Under the pieces are notes generated by a model. The model was given only the letters and a program-made list of their open reading frames with translations. It was not told the origin of the DNA and made no database searches. DNA of 64,000 nucleotides from the human T2T-CHM13v2.0 reference genome, Homo sapiens. The stretch lies in NCBI RefSeq assembly GCF_009914755.1, contig NC_060942.1; one strand, written 5' to 3'. Below, piece after piece: positions 43,491 through 57,200 of the stretch (the stretch's first letter is position 1; each line of letters starts with the position of its first letter). The translations under genes and the position numbers were made by a program.

Positions 43491-43919
43491 GTTAATCCAT
43501 TTACATTCAATATTATTTTTGATAGACAAATACTTTCTCCTGACATTTTATTATTGTTTTCTTGTTGTTTTGTATATCCTCTCTTCATTTTTTCCTCTCT
43601 TGTTGTCTATCTTTGTAGTTTGGTGTTTTTCTGTAGTGCTAAACTTTAATTCTTTTCTCTTTCTCATTTGTGTACCTGCTATAGCTTTTTGTTTTGCAGT
43701 TGTTATAAGGCTTACCTGAAACATCTTATAGTTTTAATACACTATTTTTAGCTACTAACAACAAAACTTTGGTTGCATACAGATACTCTAGACTTTTACC
43801 CTCCTCTTACCACTTACACCACTGTATATTGTATATTCTTTAATAACTTATTATATATATATAGCTATATTTTTGGCTATTTTGACTTTCAGCATTCATA
43901 CTAGAGATCTGAAAGATTT

Positions 43920-44070
43920 GGGCATGTTCCTGTGGTCCAAGCTACTGTGGAGGCTGAGTTGGGAGGATTGCTTGAGCCCAGAAGGCAAAGGTTGCAGTGA
44001 GCTGAGATCATACCACTCAATTCCAGCCTAGGTGACAGAGCAAGATCTCATCTCAGAGAAAGAAAGAAAA
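43920..44070 (+). mobile_element. Alu right monomer (FRAM or truncated AluJ)
   Basis: gggaggattgcttgagccca...ccagcctaggtgacagagcaag. Confidence 0.82.
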
Positions 44071-47000
44071 AAGGTTTACACACCACCATTACAGTGATAG
44101 AGTATTCTGATTTTGACTATGTATTTACCTCTACCAATGTTTCATACTTTTATATGTTTTCTTGGTACTGATTATCATCTTTTTATTTCTGGTTGAAGAT
44201 TTCCTTTAAGCATTTCTTGCAAGGCAGGTCTACTGATGATACATTTCTTCAGCTTTTGTTTGTCTGAGAAAGAGTATTTTTCCTTTATTTCTGATGAAAA
44301 GTTTTGCTGGATATAGTATTCTTGGCTATGCGGTTTTGAGGGTTTTTTCCTCTTTTTTTTTTTCTTCAGAACTTTAAATATATCATCCCATTCTCTCCTG
44401 GCCTGCAAGGTTTTCTGCTGAGACATCCATGGATAGTCTAATGGAGGTTTCCGTGTATGTCACTTGATGCTTTTCTTTGCTGCTTTTAAAATTATTTCTT
44501 TGTCTTTGACTTTTGACACTTTTATTTATAATATGCCTCTGTGAGAACTTCTTTAGGTTGATCCTGTTTGAGGCTTTTGAGATTCATGGATTTGTATATC
44601 TATGTCTCTCCCAAGACCTGTGAGCTTTCAGGAATTAGTTTGTTAAATAAGCTTTCTGTGACTTTCTCCATTGCTTCTCGTTATGGAACCCTCATAATGT
44701 GAGCATTCATTTGCTTTATAGTGTCCCATAAGTACCATAGGCTTTCTTCACTCTTTTTTTTAAACTTTGTCCTCTGACTGAACTATTTCAAAAGACCTGT
44801 CTTTAAGTTCACAGATTCTTTTTTCTGCTTGATCTTTCTTCTACTGTCACTGCTGAAATTCCGTACTATACATTATATTTCATTTACTGAGCTCTTCAGC
44901 TTCCAGATTTCTGTTTGGTTCTTTTTAATGATATCTAACTCTGTTGAGTTTCTCATTCAGATCATGAATTGTTTTCCTGATTTCATGGAATTTTCTTTTT
45001 GCACTCTCTTCTATCTCACTGAATTTCCTTAAGATCATTATTTTGAATTCCTTTTAGGAAATCCATGAATTTTTGTTTCTGTGGAGTCAGTTACTGGAAA
45101 ATTATTATGTCTCTCTGGTGGTGTCATGTTGCCTTGCTTTTTCGTATTTCTTTTGTCCCTGCATTGATGTCTGTGTATCTGACTTCTACCTCTTCCAAAT
45201 TTATAGAGTGGCTTTCACAGAGAAAGGGTTTCACCTGCACATGGGCCCTAAGGTGTTGGTATGGCTGAGTGTGTTGGCTCTGATTCTGGAAGGGTGCAGT
45301 AGTGTAGTCTCCAGGCAGCTTCTTCAGCTGTGATCAATGTCAGCAATGACTGCAACTACATTAATGGCCTAGGTTGTAGGAGTTTGTGGCAGCAATGGTG
45401 GCAGCATATGTTCTTGGTGGCAAGGACTTTAGAGGTCTGTCTATTCTGTTTTCCCCACAGTGGACAGACATCACTGGGGAAATTCCTCTTGGTGTAAGGT
45501 CTGACACAGCCCACAAGCAGCCACAGCAGTGTTGTGTTCCAGGGAACAGATGCCCAGAATGGCTGTGGAACTGGGGTGCTGGGCTCAGTATCCTGCTAAA
45601 CTACTGTGGTATCTGTGACATGGGTGCAGGTTCACTCTCTGAGGCATGGGTGAATGCAGCTCTCCTATAAAGCTAGGGACTGTAACTGTGAGGCACTCCC
45701 AGTTAGCTCGGACCCAGGGGGCAAGGATGTAGTTGTGACTTTGATCCTGGGGGTAAAAGTGCAGCACTGGCAAAGGTTGAAGTAGAAGGAGTATCCCAAA
45801 GGCTCAGGTCTGGGGAATCAGAGGACAGCTGCCATTCAGGTCACAGAGCCAACAGGGCACAGTGGCAACTTGGGTCCCAGGAGAGGAATGATAGTGTAGT
45901 GGTATCTCTGGAGTCGGGTGGTATGACACAAAAGTGGTCCAGGCTCTTCAAGGTTGGGTGTAGTGGCAACAAGGATCTAGGAATGGTGGGGTGCAGCTAT
46001 GGTTTGGTCTCTATGTTATGGAGAGTAGCACATGGATAACACCACTCCCTAGGGAGGTGGGACACCTCAGCAGCTCAGACTCCAGAGAGCTGGCCCAGAT
46101 CCCATAAAGTACGGCACTGGGATTATGTGGCTCAGAGGGTAGTGTGGTACGACCCAGCCAAAGCTCTATCTCCCTGCAGGTGGAATGCCCGATCAGCTGG
46201 GGTACCTAGGAGCACAGGTGTTCTACTAGGCTGACTCCTGGGTCTCCTTAGGGTCAGTGCACAGGTTGGCTCAGGCTCCAAGAAAGTGGTACTTCTTCAC
46301 TGGGCTGGGGCTCCTGGTCCCCTGAGAAGCAGAGTGCCTCATGGTCTTGGGCACCATGTCACAGATGCTCCCCTAAGCCGACATGTGGATTCTTGTGAGG
46401 GCTAGGCACTGGGCTGGTTTAGGCCAGATGAGGAAGGGGATGGCAGGGGAGGATATTCCACTGGGCGTAAGCTCCAAGTTGGTAGGGAGAAAGCCTAGTC
46501 ACAACTTGACTAGGGGAAATGAAGTCCTTCTGAGGCAGCTTGACCCAGAGGTAGAGAGCTGCAGCAGCGCAGCTAGGAAATGATATACTATCGTATGTAT
46601 GAAAGCATGGTGCAATGATGGCAGAAGCTCAAGGCTGAGGGGAATACAGTGGCTACTGGTCCCTGAAATGGGATGCAGGGGCATCTGGTTTCAAGATGGC
46701 ACTGTGCCATAGCAGCCTGGGCCACAGGGAGCAGGACAGAAGGTAGGCTCCTTCTCTGGGATATTGCAGCTATGTGAGCTGAGCCCAGAGCCTGTAACCA
46801 CTGCAGGATTCTCTAGTAGCAAAGACCTTCAGGTGTCCAAAGTGGTGATGCAGGCCACTGGGGGATTCCTGCTTACCTTTCCAACAGGGAGAAGTCCCTC
46901 CTGGTTCTGAGCTGATCCCAGCTGGGAGGAATGAGTGGCAGAAACAAGGCGTTTCCTTCCCTTCTCCACGCTCCACAGGTTTCTGCCATTCCCTTGCTTT

Positions 47001-47299
47001 ATTTCAGTACTTTCCTTTTATCCCTCTGGTCAAAATGTAGGTGTCGTTGCTTTGCTTTGTTTTGGAGGGTGGTGGGGACAATTATTAAGTACCTCTAGTC
47101 AGCCATCTTGCCCAATTTCTTATAGACTTTGAAGTATTGTCTTTGTGTTCAAGAATGTAACATTTCTATTTAAGTATTTGTTGGTTTTAGACATTTATTA
47201 AATTTTATACTCAGGAGATCCCTTTAATTGAAGGTAGTATAAAATGGTCAAATACCAGATAAATATTACAATAGTTATCATAGAAAGGGAAAAATATGA

Positions 47300-47485
<186 letters not shown>

Positions 47486-47899
47486 TAACCCTCCCTATTC
47501 TGACATCAAGCCCTTTTCTCTGTTTTTAAGAAAGTGGTACTTTTTTCCCCATGTGGTTTTTTTAATCCTTGTCTAGAATAAGCAAGACATTTCTAAATCT
47601 CTGAACACTTGCAGAAACAAACCATGAGGGATGAATTTTATAAGTCATGTAAGTCTTAATCCAACTTTATTCTTTATAAAATAAAGTATTTTATACTTTA
47701 TTCACTTACGAATGTTTAAGTGAAAAATTTTTTAAATTGTATTAAGCAGTATTTAATATTGAGTATGAAGAGCAACATGCTGCAATAGAATGAGAGATCC
47801 CTATTGCCTACAATCTATTTTAAAATTTGTTGTGACCCTATGCAGACTCTATAGCTTCCAGAGAAAGAAATCATAACAATAGCTAAGAAAGACCAACAA

Positions 47900-48060
47900 A
47901 TTTGAGTATGTTATTTAGCCACTCATTGCCCTCGTTTCTTCATCTGTAAAGTGGAAATAATGATACCTTGGGGTCACAGTGAGAAATGAATCCGTTACTC
48001 TATATAAGTAAGCATCTAGCAAAACACACGGTATTAAAAAAGTACTCATTAAATGTTATT
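47900..48060 (+). mobile_element. MIR fragment
   Basis: cctcgtttcttcatctgtaaagtggaaataatgatacct. Confidence 0.6.
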
Positions 48061-49165
48061 TCTTTTCCATCTCCTCCTTAACTACAACTGCATGTTTCTG
48101 GGGGTCTTGGGGTAAATTGCCGCCTTTCTTATTATCAGAGGCATTATAGAGAAGGACATATGCCTGCTCCCCTCATAATTCCATCTAATACCTTACTATT
48201 GCGACAATTTACTCAAGTGTGTTGTTTGTGTATCACCAGATATAGTTGTGCACTTAGGAGGTTTGTCAGGACTCATTTCTTTTTTTAAGAACATTTTCAC
48301 ACACTGAAATTTACACTTTGTGGTATACTATGAGTGCTGACAATGTATCAAGTTGTATGTTCACCACCACAGTCATGATTAAAAAAAAACTGTTCTACTA
48401 CCCGAAAAGCTCCCTGGTACTGCTCCTTTGAAGTCAGCCCCACCTCCCATCTCAATCTCTGGACTCACTGACCTGCACTCTCTACCTACAGATTTTCTTT
48501 TTCCAGAATGTCATATAAATGGAATCATATGTTATCTATCCTTTAGATGGCTTCTGTCATGTGACAATTTATGTGGGATTTATCAGTGCTCTTATGTCTA
48601 TTAATAGCTCCTCTTTTTCATTGGCAGAGGAGTAGTATTCTACTGTATGCATGTACCAAGGTTTATCCACTCACCAGTCAAAAGATATTTGTTTCCAGTT
48701 CTTAATGGTTATGAATAAAGTCGCTGTAAACAATTCAATACAGGTTTTTGTGAGGCCATAAGTTTTTATTTCTCATGAGTAAATGCCTAGATGTGTTTCC
48801 ATATCACAAAGTAAATGTATGCATGTTTTTCTTTATAAGAAAGTATCAAATTATTTTCCAAAACGACTATACCAATTTGTATTCAATACAGCATTATATG
48901 AGAACTCTATATTGATTTTCATCCCTGCCAGGACTTGGTATAAGATATTGTCGGGTTGTTTTGTTTGTTTTATTTTGTTTTGTTTACCATTCTAATAGGT
49001 GTATAGTGGCAGCTCACTGTCATTTTAATTTGCATTTCCCTAATGTTTAATGATTTTGAATTTTTTAAATGTGCGTTTTTGCATCTCTATATCTTTTTTG
49101 GGAAAGTGCTGTTCAAATGTTTCGTCCATTTTATCGGGTTGTTTATCTTCTTGAATTTGAGAGTT

Positions 49166-49468
49166 GTTGTTGTTTTGTTTTGTTTTTGTTTTTTTGAGAC
49201 GGAGTCTTGCTCTGTCAACCAGGCTGGGGTGCAGTGGCGCGATCTCGGCTCACTGCAACTTCCGCCTCCTGGGTTTAAACGATTCTCCTGCCTCAGTCTC
49301 CTGAGTAGCTTGGATTACAGGCACCTGTCATCATGCCCAGCTAATTTTTGTATTTTTAGTAGAGGAGGCGTTTCATCACGTTGGCCAGGCTGGTCTTGAA
49401 CTCCTGACCTCAAGTGATCCACCTGCCTCTGCCTCCCAAAGTGCAGGCGTGAGTCGCTGAGCCTGGCC
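49166..49468 (-). mobile_element. AluSz/Sx-like
   Basis: gacctcaagtgatcc; short TSD agagtt. Confidence 0.9.
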
Positions 49469-49925
49469 AAGAGTTTTTTTAAAAAATATATTATGTACAC
49501 AAGCTTTTGTGAGATACATGGTTTGTAAAAAAGGATCTAGCATGTATTTTTATTTTCTTTACATGATTTTTGGAGTGACAATTTTTAACCTCAATAAAGT
49601 CCAATTTATCGATTTTTTTTCTTCTGGATCAAACTTTTGTCACCTAATTTAAGAACTTTTTGCTTAAACCAAGATTACCAAGATTTTCTTACGTTTTAGT
49701 CCAGAAATTTGAGAATTTTGTTTTACATTTAGATCTGTGATCTATTTTTAGTTAATTTTTACATAAAGTATGAAGAATGGGCCAATGTTCTTGCAAACTG
49801 ATGCATCATTTGTTGAGAAGACTATCCTTTTTCTATCAAACTGCCTTCACATCTTTATCAAAAATCAGTTGACTTAAGACTAATCAACTAAAAGTTGATT
49901 CGTTTATAAAAGCTCTAAGTGCAAC

Positions 49926-50242
49926 TTGTTTTTTTGAGACAGGGTTTCACTCTATCACCCAGGCTGGAGTGCAGTGGTGCAATCAGAGTTCACTGTAGCC
50001 TTGACCTCCCCAGGCTTAGTTGATCCTCCCACCTCAGTATCCCAAGTAGCTGGGACTACAGACAAGCACCACAACACCCAGCTAATTTTTGGGGTTTGTT
50101 TGTTTGTTTGTTTGTTTTTGTAAAGATAGGGTTTTGCCATATTGCCCAGGCTAGTCTTGAACTCCTTGGCTCAAATGACCCACTCACCTTGGCCTCCTAA
50201 AGTGCTGGGTTTACAGGCATGCATGAGCCACTGCACCTGGCC
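49926..50242 (-). mobile_element. AluJ (Jr/Jo-like)
   Basis: cactgtagccttgacctcc; middle (GTTT)n. Confidence 0.88.
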
Positions 50243-50895
50243 TAATACAAACATTTAATGTTACAAATTATAATCTAAAAACTGAATTAGCTGCATTCCA
50301 CAAATCTTGATATATTGCATTTTAATTTTTATTCAGTTGAAAATATATATAAATTTTGCTTTGACCTCTCCTAAGAAATATGCTTAATTTTAAAATATTT
50401 GAATTTTTTCAAGTATCTTTCTGTTATTGATTTCTAGTTTAATTCAGTTATGGTTACAAAATAGAATTTACATGATTTCTATTCTTTTCATTTTGTTAAA
50501 GTTTGTTTTATGTCCCAAAATGTAGTCTATCTTGCTTTCATGTGCACTTGAAATAAATGTGAATTTTTATGTTGTTGGTGAAGTGTTTTGTAAATGTCAG
50601 TTAGGTCGTTGTTTGATAGTGTTGTTTAGACCTTCTGTAACCTTACTGATTTTCAGTCTAGGTTTTTTTTGTTGTTGTTAAATAATACAATGTTTCACAT
50701 TAGTGTATAGACCTTAAAATAGGATATTCTCAATTTCTCCTCCCCAACCTTTGTGCTATTGTTAGCATTTGTATAAGATAGTTTGCTTTTAGATATGCTT
50801 TAAACACAAAATACATTGTTATTATTTTTGTTTTGAATAATCAGGTAACTTTTAGAGTAATTAAAGGTAGTAAAATAAACTGTACTATTACCTTC

Positions 50896-51312
50896 TGTGT
50901 CAGTCCAAATTGCATTGCTATAAAGGAATACCTGAGACTGAGTAATTTATAAAGAAAAGAGGTTTATTTGGCTCATGGTACTGCAGGCTGTACAGAAACA
51001 TGGTGCCAGCATCTACTTCTGATGAGGGCCTCATGAAGCTTTTAGTCATGGCAGAAGGGAAGGAGAGCTGGCAAGTCACATGGCAACAAAGGAAGCAAGA
51101 GTAAGGAAATGAGGTGACAGAATGTTTTAAACCACCAGCTCTCATGTGAACAAATAGATTGAGAACTTGCTCATTACCAAGGGGAGGGCACTAAGCCATT
51201 CATAAGGGATCTGCCCTCATGACACAAGCACCTCTCACTAGGCTTCACTACCAACATTGGGGATCACATTTTAATACAAAATTTTGAGGGGACAAATATC
51301 CAAACTATATCA
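50896..51312 (-). mobile_element. MSTB MaLR solo LTR
   Basis: tgtgtcagtcc...gctataaaggaatacctgagactg...atccaaactatatca; perfect 5-bp TSD ccttc at 50891-50895 and 51313-51317. Confidence 0.9.
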
Positions 51313-51564
51313 CCTTCATTTAGTCCATTTCTTGCACTCTTTGTTTCTTTGCATAGATTCAATTTTCTACCTGGTATCATATTCCATGTTTCTGAAAAAT
51401 TTGTTTGACTCCTATTGAAGTGTAGGTGTGTTGGAAATTAATTCTGTCAGTTTTTGTTTTCCTGAGAAAATATTTATGTCTGCTTTATTTTTTGAAAGAT
51501 ATTTTCCCTGATGTGTAGAATTCTAGATTGTCAGATTTGTTTTCTTTTCGGCACGTTAAAGATG

Positions 51565-52200
51565 TGGAAGTCAGTGTGGCGATTCCTCAGGGATCTAGAA
51601 CTAGAAATACCATTTGACCCAGCAATCCCATTACTGGGTATATACCCAAAGGATTATAAATCATGCTGCTATAAAGACACATGCACACGTATGTTTATTG
51701 CGGCACTATTCATAATAGCAAAGACTTGGAACCAACCCAAACGTCTATCAGTGATAGACTGGATTAAGAAAATGTGGCACATATACACCATGGAATACTA
51801 TGCAGCCATAAAAAAGGATGAGTTCATGTCCTTTGTAGGGACATGGATGAAGCTGGAAACCATCATTCTGAGCAAACTATTGCAAGGACAAAAAACCAAA
51901 CACTGCATGTTCTCACTCATAGGTGGGAATTGAACAATGAGAACACATGGACACAGGAAGGGGAACATCACACACTGGGGCCTGTAGTGGGGTGAGGAGG
52001 GGAGGGGAGGGATAGCATTAGGAGATATACCTAATGTTAAATGATGAGTTAATGGATGCAGCACACCAACATGGCACATGTATACATACGTAACTAACCT
52101 GGACGTTGTGCACATGTACCCTAAAACTTAAAGTATAATTTAAAAAAATACAAAAAAAGCAAAACAACAAGAAAAAAAACAAAAAACAAACAAACAAAAA
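51565..52200 (+). mobile_element. 5'-truncated L1PA (L1PA4-like), 0.64 kb
   Basis: [29 protein letters not shown]...; 3' UTR; long degenerate A tail; TSD aaagatg at 51558-51564 and 52201-52207. Confidence 0.92.
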
Positions 52201-54099
52201 AAAGATGCCACTCCATTGCCAGACGACCTGCATAATCTCTGTCAAGAAGTCTGCTATAATTCTTACTTTTAATGCCTCTACATGTAGTGTATTTTTTTTC
52301 CTCTGGTGCCTTCAAAATTTTTTTTCGTTTCTTGTTTTAAGAAGCTTGGACCTAAAATATCTAGATGTACAATTTTTGGAATTTTGCTTAATCTTCGTTG
52401 AGATTTTTACATCTGTGGTTTTTTCTCTGCCATTAATTTTGGAAAATTCTTAGCTATTATTCTTTTTTCCCTTGTTTTTTAGTTTGGGTCTTTTCTATCA
52501 ACCTATCCTCAAGTTCACTGATTCTTTCCTTGGCTATATGAGTCTACTAGTGAGCCCATCAGAGGCATTTTTCATCCTTGCCACTGTATTTTTTATTTGT
52601 AACGTTTCTGTTTGATTTTTCTTATAGTTTCTACTTCTCTGCTGAAATTCCCTTCTGATCTTGCATTTTTCTATATATTTTCTATTATAATCTTTAACAT
52701 GTTAATCATAATTATTTAAAATCCTTGGTCTTAGATTCTAACTTTCATATCATATTTGAGCCTGGTTCTGTTAATTGCCTTGGCTTGGTAATATGTTGAG
52801 ATTTTTTTCCTTGCTTTTTCAAATGCAAGGGTTTTCACAAATTTTTGTTGAAAGGCTGGTATCTCTTGTAGGGCAGTAAATATTGAAGTGAGGTAAATTG
52901 TTGTTTTTTTTTTTTTTTGCATGGAAATGGACATCCATTTTTTCTGTGAGGTTCTTAGTGCAAAAGTCTGAGACAATCTAGTTAGGAATTTAGCTGGTTT
53001 GGGTGTTCACTGTTGCTTTGACTACCATCAGTGTATCATAAGTTTCAAATTTCTCTATTGGTACCCTGCACTTAGGTTGAGGACAGGTTTCTCAGAAGTT
53101 TGGCAATTGTCTACTCCATCCTCAGCTTTGGGTCTTTTCTTTGTGCTGTGCTTCAGAGAAGATCTCTTCCCATGCTTTTACAACTTAGCCAGCAGTACTC
53201 TAGTTACTTGTCCTCAAAGATTGTTAGCCTGATGGTGGAGAAGAAAGGAGGTGTTCTCAGTTGTGCAAACTAAGCTGAAGTCTTGGGCAGGCACTCTGTC
53301 CCTGGTCTTGGTCTTAGGAGGGTGGTTTTTCTCAGTTCTCTGGCCCCCTTCTAGCTGTAGTTGTGTGCCCAGGACATAATCCTGTCTCTCTCCCAGGGGA
53401 AGATGGTAATTTTCTGTTTATCTCCATTAGCTACAATGAATTTTCTCTAGTTCCCTAAGAGTGACAGTGTATGTTGCCTTTCTCCCTGTAGTTTAAGGCT
53501 TCTGCTTTGTCTCTTTTCATAACAGCTTGTTCCTCTTGCACCACAAGGGATGGTTTCTTGGAGCTGTCTCCAATCTTTTTGTGTAGTCCATAGAAAAGAG
53601 GCGAAAAGTTAGTGCAAACTCTTCCTGTATCTGTGGCCCCAAGGAGCTACATAGTCTCTTCACAGCCATCAGTCAGTCTTTGCCAATTCATTAATTATTC
53701 TAGATGAATTTTTCTTATTTATGTCTGTCTGTATCTGCCTCAGGTAAGCAAGTGCTCAGGTCCTATCTTTCCCAAATGTATCCGTGTCTCCTTAAGTTTT
53801 GTGCTAGTTGGTTACAAGCAATTTTAGCTCTCTGATGAGTTCAAAAAAGTTGTGACCTTGGAGTTTGTCCAGCTTGTTGTGTGTTGTTGTTAGGTTGTGA
53901 ATGATGCTTCCTCTAACTCTCCACAACCTAAGTAGAAACTGGAAACAGCAGGTTTTAAATTTTCTTTTTCTTTTCCCAAGAGAAAATTCTTAGCTTCTGG
54001 CTATGAATATTTTAGAATTCTCCCCCTATCATTTCTAGGAGGATCATGTTACTTTATCTTTTCCACCAATGTTTTCCTTTCTATAAGTGGAACTATATT

Positions 54100-54260
54100 G
54101 CTATTAATTGGCACTTTCTAGCACTTTACACTTCTAAAGTATTTTAGAATAATTTAAATAGTTTTCTCTGTAACAATCACATGGGGCAAATGAGCAGCAT
54201 CTGCCCTTATTTAGATGAGGAAATTGAAGAAAAGAGAGATGTAGTCATTTCTCTAGGATC
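54100..54260 (-). mobile_element. MIR fragment
   Basis: tagcactttaca...gtaacaatc...tttagatgaggaaattga. Confidence 0.5.
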
Positions 54261-57200
54261 AGAGCAAATCCTCCTTAAAAATTCAAAAGCTAACGTATTA
54301 GTTATTTTAGGCACCTTGTCTCACATTTCACTGGGGCAAAATTGCCAGAACATTTCCCTGCAGAACCACAGGGAGAAATCAAGCCTCGTTAGAATAGTTA
54401 CAATACTAAATTTTTATGTATTTTGAGCATTAAATTTAAACTTAGCCTAGATAAATGACCTTTGTGATTCCTAGAGAACTTTGCCAAGTCTTTACTATGA
54501 CATTGTCCTGAGTGCGGGGAAGGGTGTGGTAGATGAAGAACAGCCTTAATTCCCTTATCATTTTAGATCCTGGCAGGCAACAGATAAAGAAAGAATGCCA
54601 AGAGGGATTAGAATGGAAGAAATATAGTTCTGTGCTGGGGCCACAACTAACTTCCTCAATTTACCTAGGGGAGTCTCCTGCATCAAAGAGCACATCTCCC
54701 TAAAATCACGGAATCTGAGTTCTTACAGCCCTCTATGAACCACCTTTGGTTCCAGGCCCTGAAGTTACCATCTGTTGGTCTTTGAGCTTCTTTGTCTCCC
54801 AAAACATCTGTTTTTCTAACAGGATATTTAGAACAATCATGTCCACAACAGAGAGAACTCGTGCTGGATCTCAGTGCTTTTAAAAACAGAAATAGAAAAT
54901 AATATTTTTCAGCAATCCAAGATCAAGCACTGTCCTTTCATTTTTTATAAAAGCTCTCAATTTTAAACAAAAGAAAAAGAAGGCTGAACCGAAGAGCCAT
55001 GTCCTCACTACCTTTTCATTAAACTTTTATTGTCTATACAATACAAGTTATTATCTAAGCCAGTCAATAATGACTATTAAGGATATATTATAAATCTAAG
55101 CAAAACACACAGCAGGGAGAAACGACGTCAGCCGTCACAGGCATAGGCAAGGGCATAGGCGAGGCAGAGGTAAACCTGAGCCCAGATACTAGAAGCCATG
55201 CCATGGTTTCACTTTCTTATGGCAACCTGAAGCAAACTGTCTGTAAGAGCAGAGCAGACAATCGGACTACCATGGATAAGACCCTTCCACATGTAGCCGT
55301 CTTTATGTTAAATGACTCAATGAGTTTAAAACGTTAAGTAGCAAGTTACAAGTAAATATAATTTTCCCATAAAAATTAATGCTCAGTGGAGTGTGAGTAC
55401 ATCCAGAACTTAGAATGATTGCATCCTAATTTTGAAGAAAGTTGTAGAAAATTGTTTGCTAGAGATTTAAGTGCTCCATGCTCACAAGTTGACTGTTGTT
55501 TGCCTACATACTTCCTCACCTTGTTCACTAACATCATCTCGCTTAATCTCCAAGAATCTCCATCATCTTGAAAAGATGTGTTAAGCACTAATTTGCATTA
55601 GGCGCTGTGTTAAACTCAGGACAAAGGTCATTTAAAAGCTTCCTAGGGCCTTGCAACACAATGGCACAGGCAAATCTATGTAAGTGCACACATTTTAAAA
55701 GAGTGTTATTACTCAAATGTTTGTATTATGTGAACTCAAGAGGAAGCATCCTCAAATGCTGTGGACACACAACATTTAATCTGGAAATGTGACATGCTCA
55801 CCTTGTGAGATATTATGGGTTACAACTTACATAACCCCTTCTGAATTTTTCAAAAGTATAATATGCACAGTAACATAATTCTTGTGGTTACTTGGTATTT
55901 TTTATCATCCACAAATGTAAACTACTTAATGAAGATGATGGGTACAGTATTTGTATCATGTGCAAAGCTGTCACAGTTCAAAAGCTTTGGACAAGCTTCT
56001 ACCATAGCCTTTGGCTGAGCAACTCTTGAGCATTCTGTCTGAGGAGTGTGCAATATCTTTGAGTTCTTCTTCCTTTATCATGGTAAAGCATGACAGTAGC
56101 TAAGCAGAGGCAGTTAGAGGAGAGAGTCATCATCACTTATTTTTTTCACTTAAACCAGCGCCAAAATCAATTTTGAAGCATTATCTCCAAGTTGCTTTCA
56201 ACTCGATCTGGGTGTTTCTCTTCACCTAGACTATCACCCCCCCACACACTGGAATCTTTATTACATCACACTAATCTAATTTAAATGCATTTTTACTGTA
56301 CTTGGTTTAATGAATGTGGAATGTGTCACTATGAAATTGCACCATTAATTTGATAAATAGGACTTGAAGGTATAATTTTTTCCAGCATTGCCAACTAATG
56401 AAGCTAAAATACATATATAATAAGAAGTGTAAATAATAAATTATTCTTAGGAGCAAAAAAATTAATTAGATCTTACCACAAATTGCATCTCAATGTCAAT
56501 TTTTTTTTCTCAAAACTACTGACTTTCAAACTACTTGGAACGCCATTGTAAATGTTGGAAAGTTTCTCAAGTGATTACCTTCCATCCTGGGGAATCTGCT
56601 TTAAGAAACTGCTATTGTTCAAAAAGTCCTTTCAAGATGCCAGTATGGATCCCCTGTTGTCATTTCTACCTGGCATTTAGAGTATCTTGATGAATTAATC
56701 TTCTTCTTTAAGTTGCATTGTTTTATTTATTTGTAAAGACTCCTAAAATCCTTTCAGATAGTGTGCCATGGAAGTGGAAAAAACCAGGAGACCTTATATG
56801 CAAATTTGCACACAAAGGTGACAGAACTTTATTTCTAGGGATTTTGGAGAAAGTTGCTCCTGCAAGCTTGCTTTTCACCAGGAAGCTAGGTCTATGTCAT
56901 CCATGGGCTAAAGGATGGGCTAACAGACAACGATGGATCACACCCCAATTACTGTATGGCTGCACACTCTGTGGCTAGATAAGCTGGAAATTAGCTGGTT
57001 AATATGCACACTGAAACCAGAGACCAGATAATGCTCCAAATGAGATTCTATTCCTTGGATGGAGAAGAAGGAATTGCTGTTACGACTGGCATAAGTGTGT
57101 TTGGTTCAGGTTCAGCATAGGAGCAGTGACTTTAGCATGTGTACATATTAGCCAGTAATTCCCAGAACTCTAATTAATGAAATATTTGCAGAGGACATTA

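Larger units (their letters stand above)
38134..47113 (-). mobile_element. Full-length L1MA8-like LINE-1 with nested insertions
   Basis: 3' UTR from 38140; ORF2 peptides ([37 protein letters not shown]); ORF1 peptide (TLQARREWDDIFKVLK); 5' terminus agtcagccatcttgccc; TSD aatttcttacatactt/aatttcttatagactt at 38118-38133 and 47114-47129. Confidence 0.88.
48280..53946 (-). mobile_element. Old L1MC/L1MD-type LINE-1, fragmented, from 3' UTR to 5' region, with nested Alus, MSTB and L1PA
   Basis: 3' UTR ccagaatgtcatataaatggaatcata; ORF2-like text 48800-50650; ORF1-like text 52205-52800; 5'-region-like text ending at agaaactggaaac. Confidence 0.68.

Noticed and set aside
55796-55935. Possible 120-nt minus-strand coding exon (donor AAG|gtgagc)
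   Set aside because: Stops in all three frames and a mediocre acceptor
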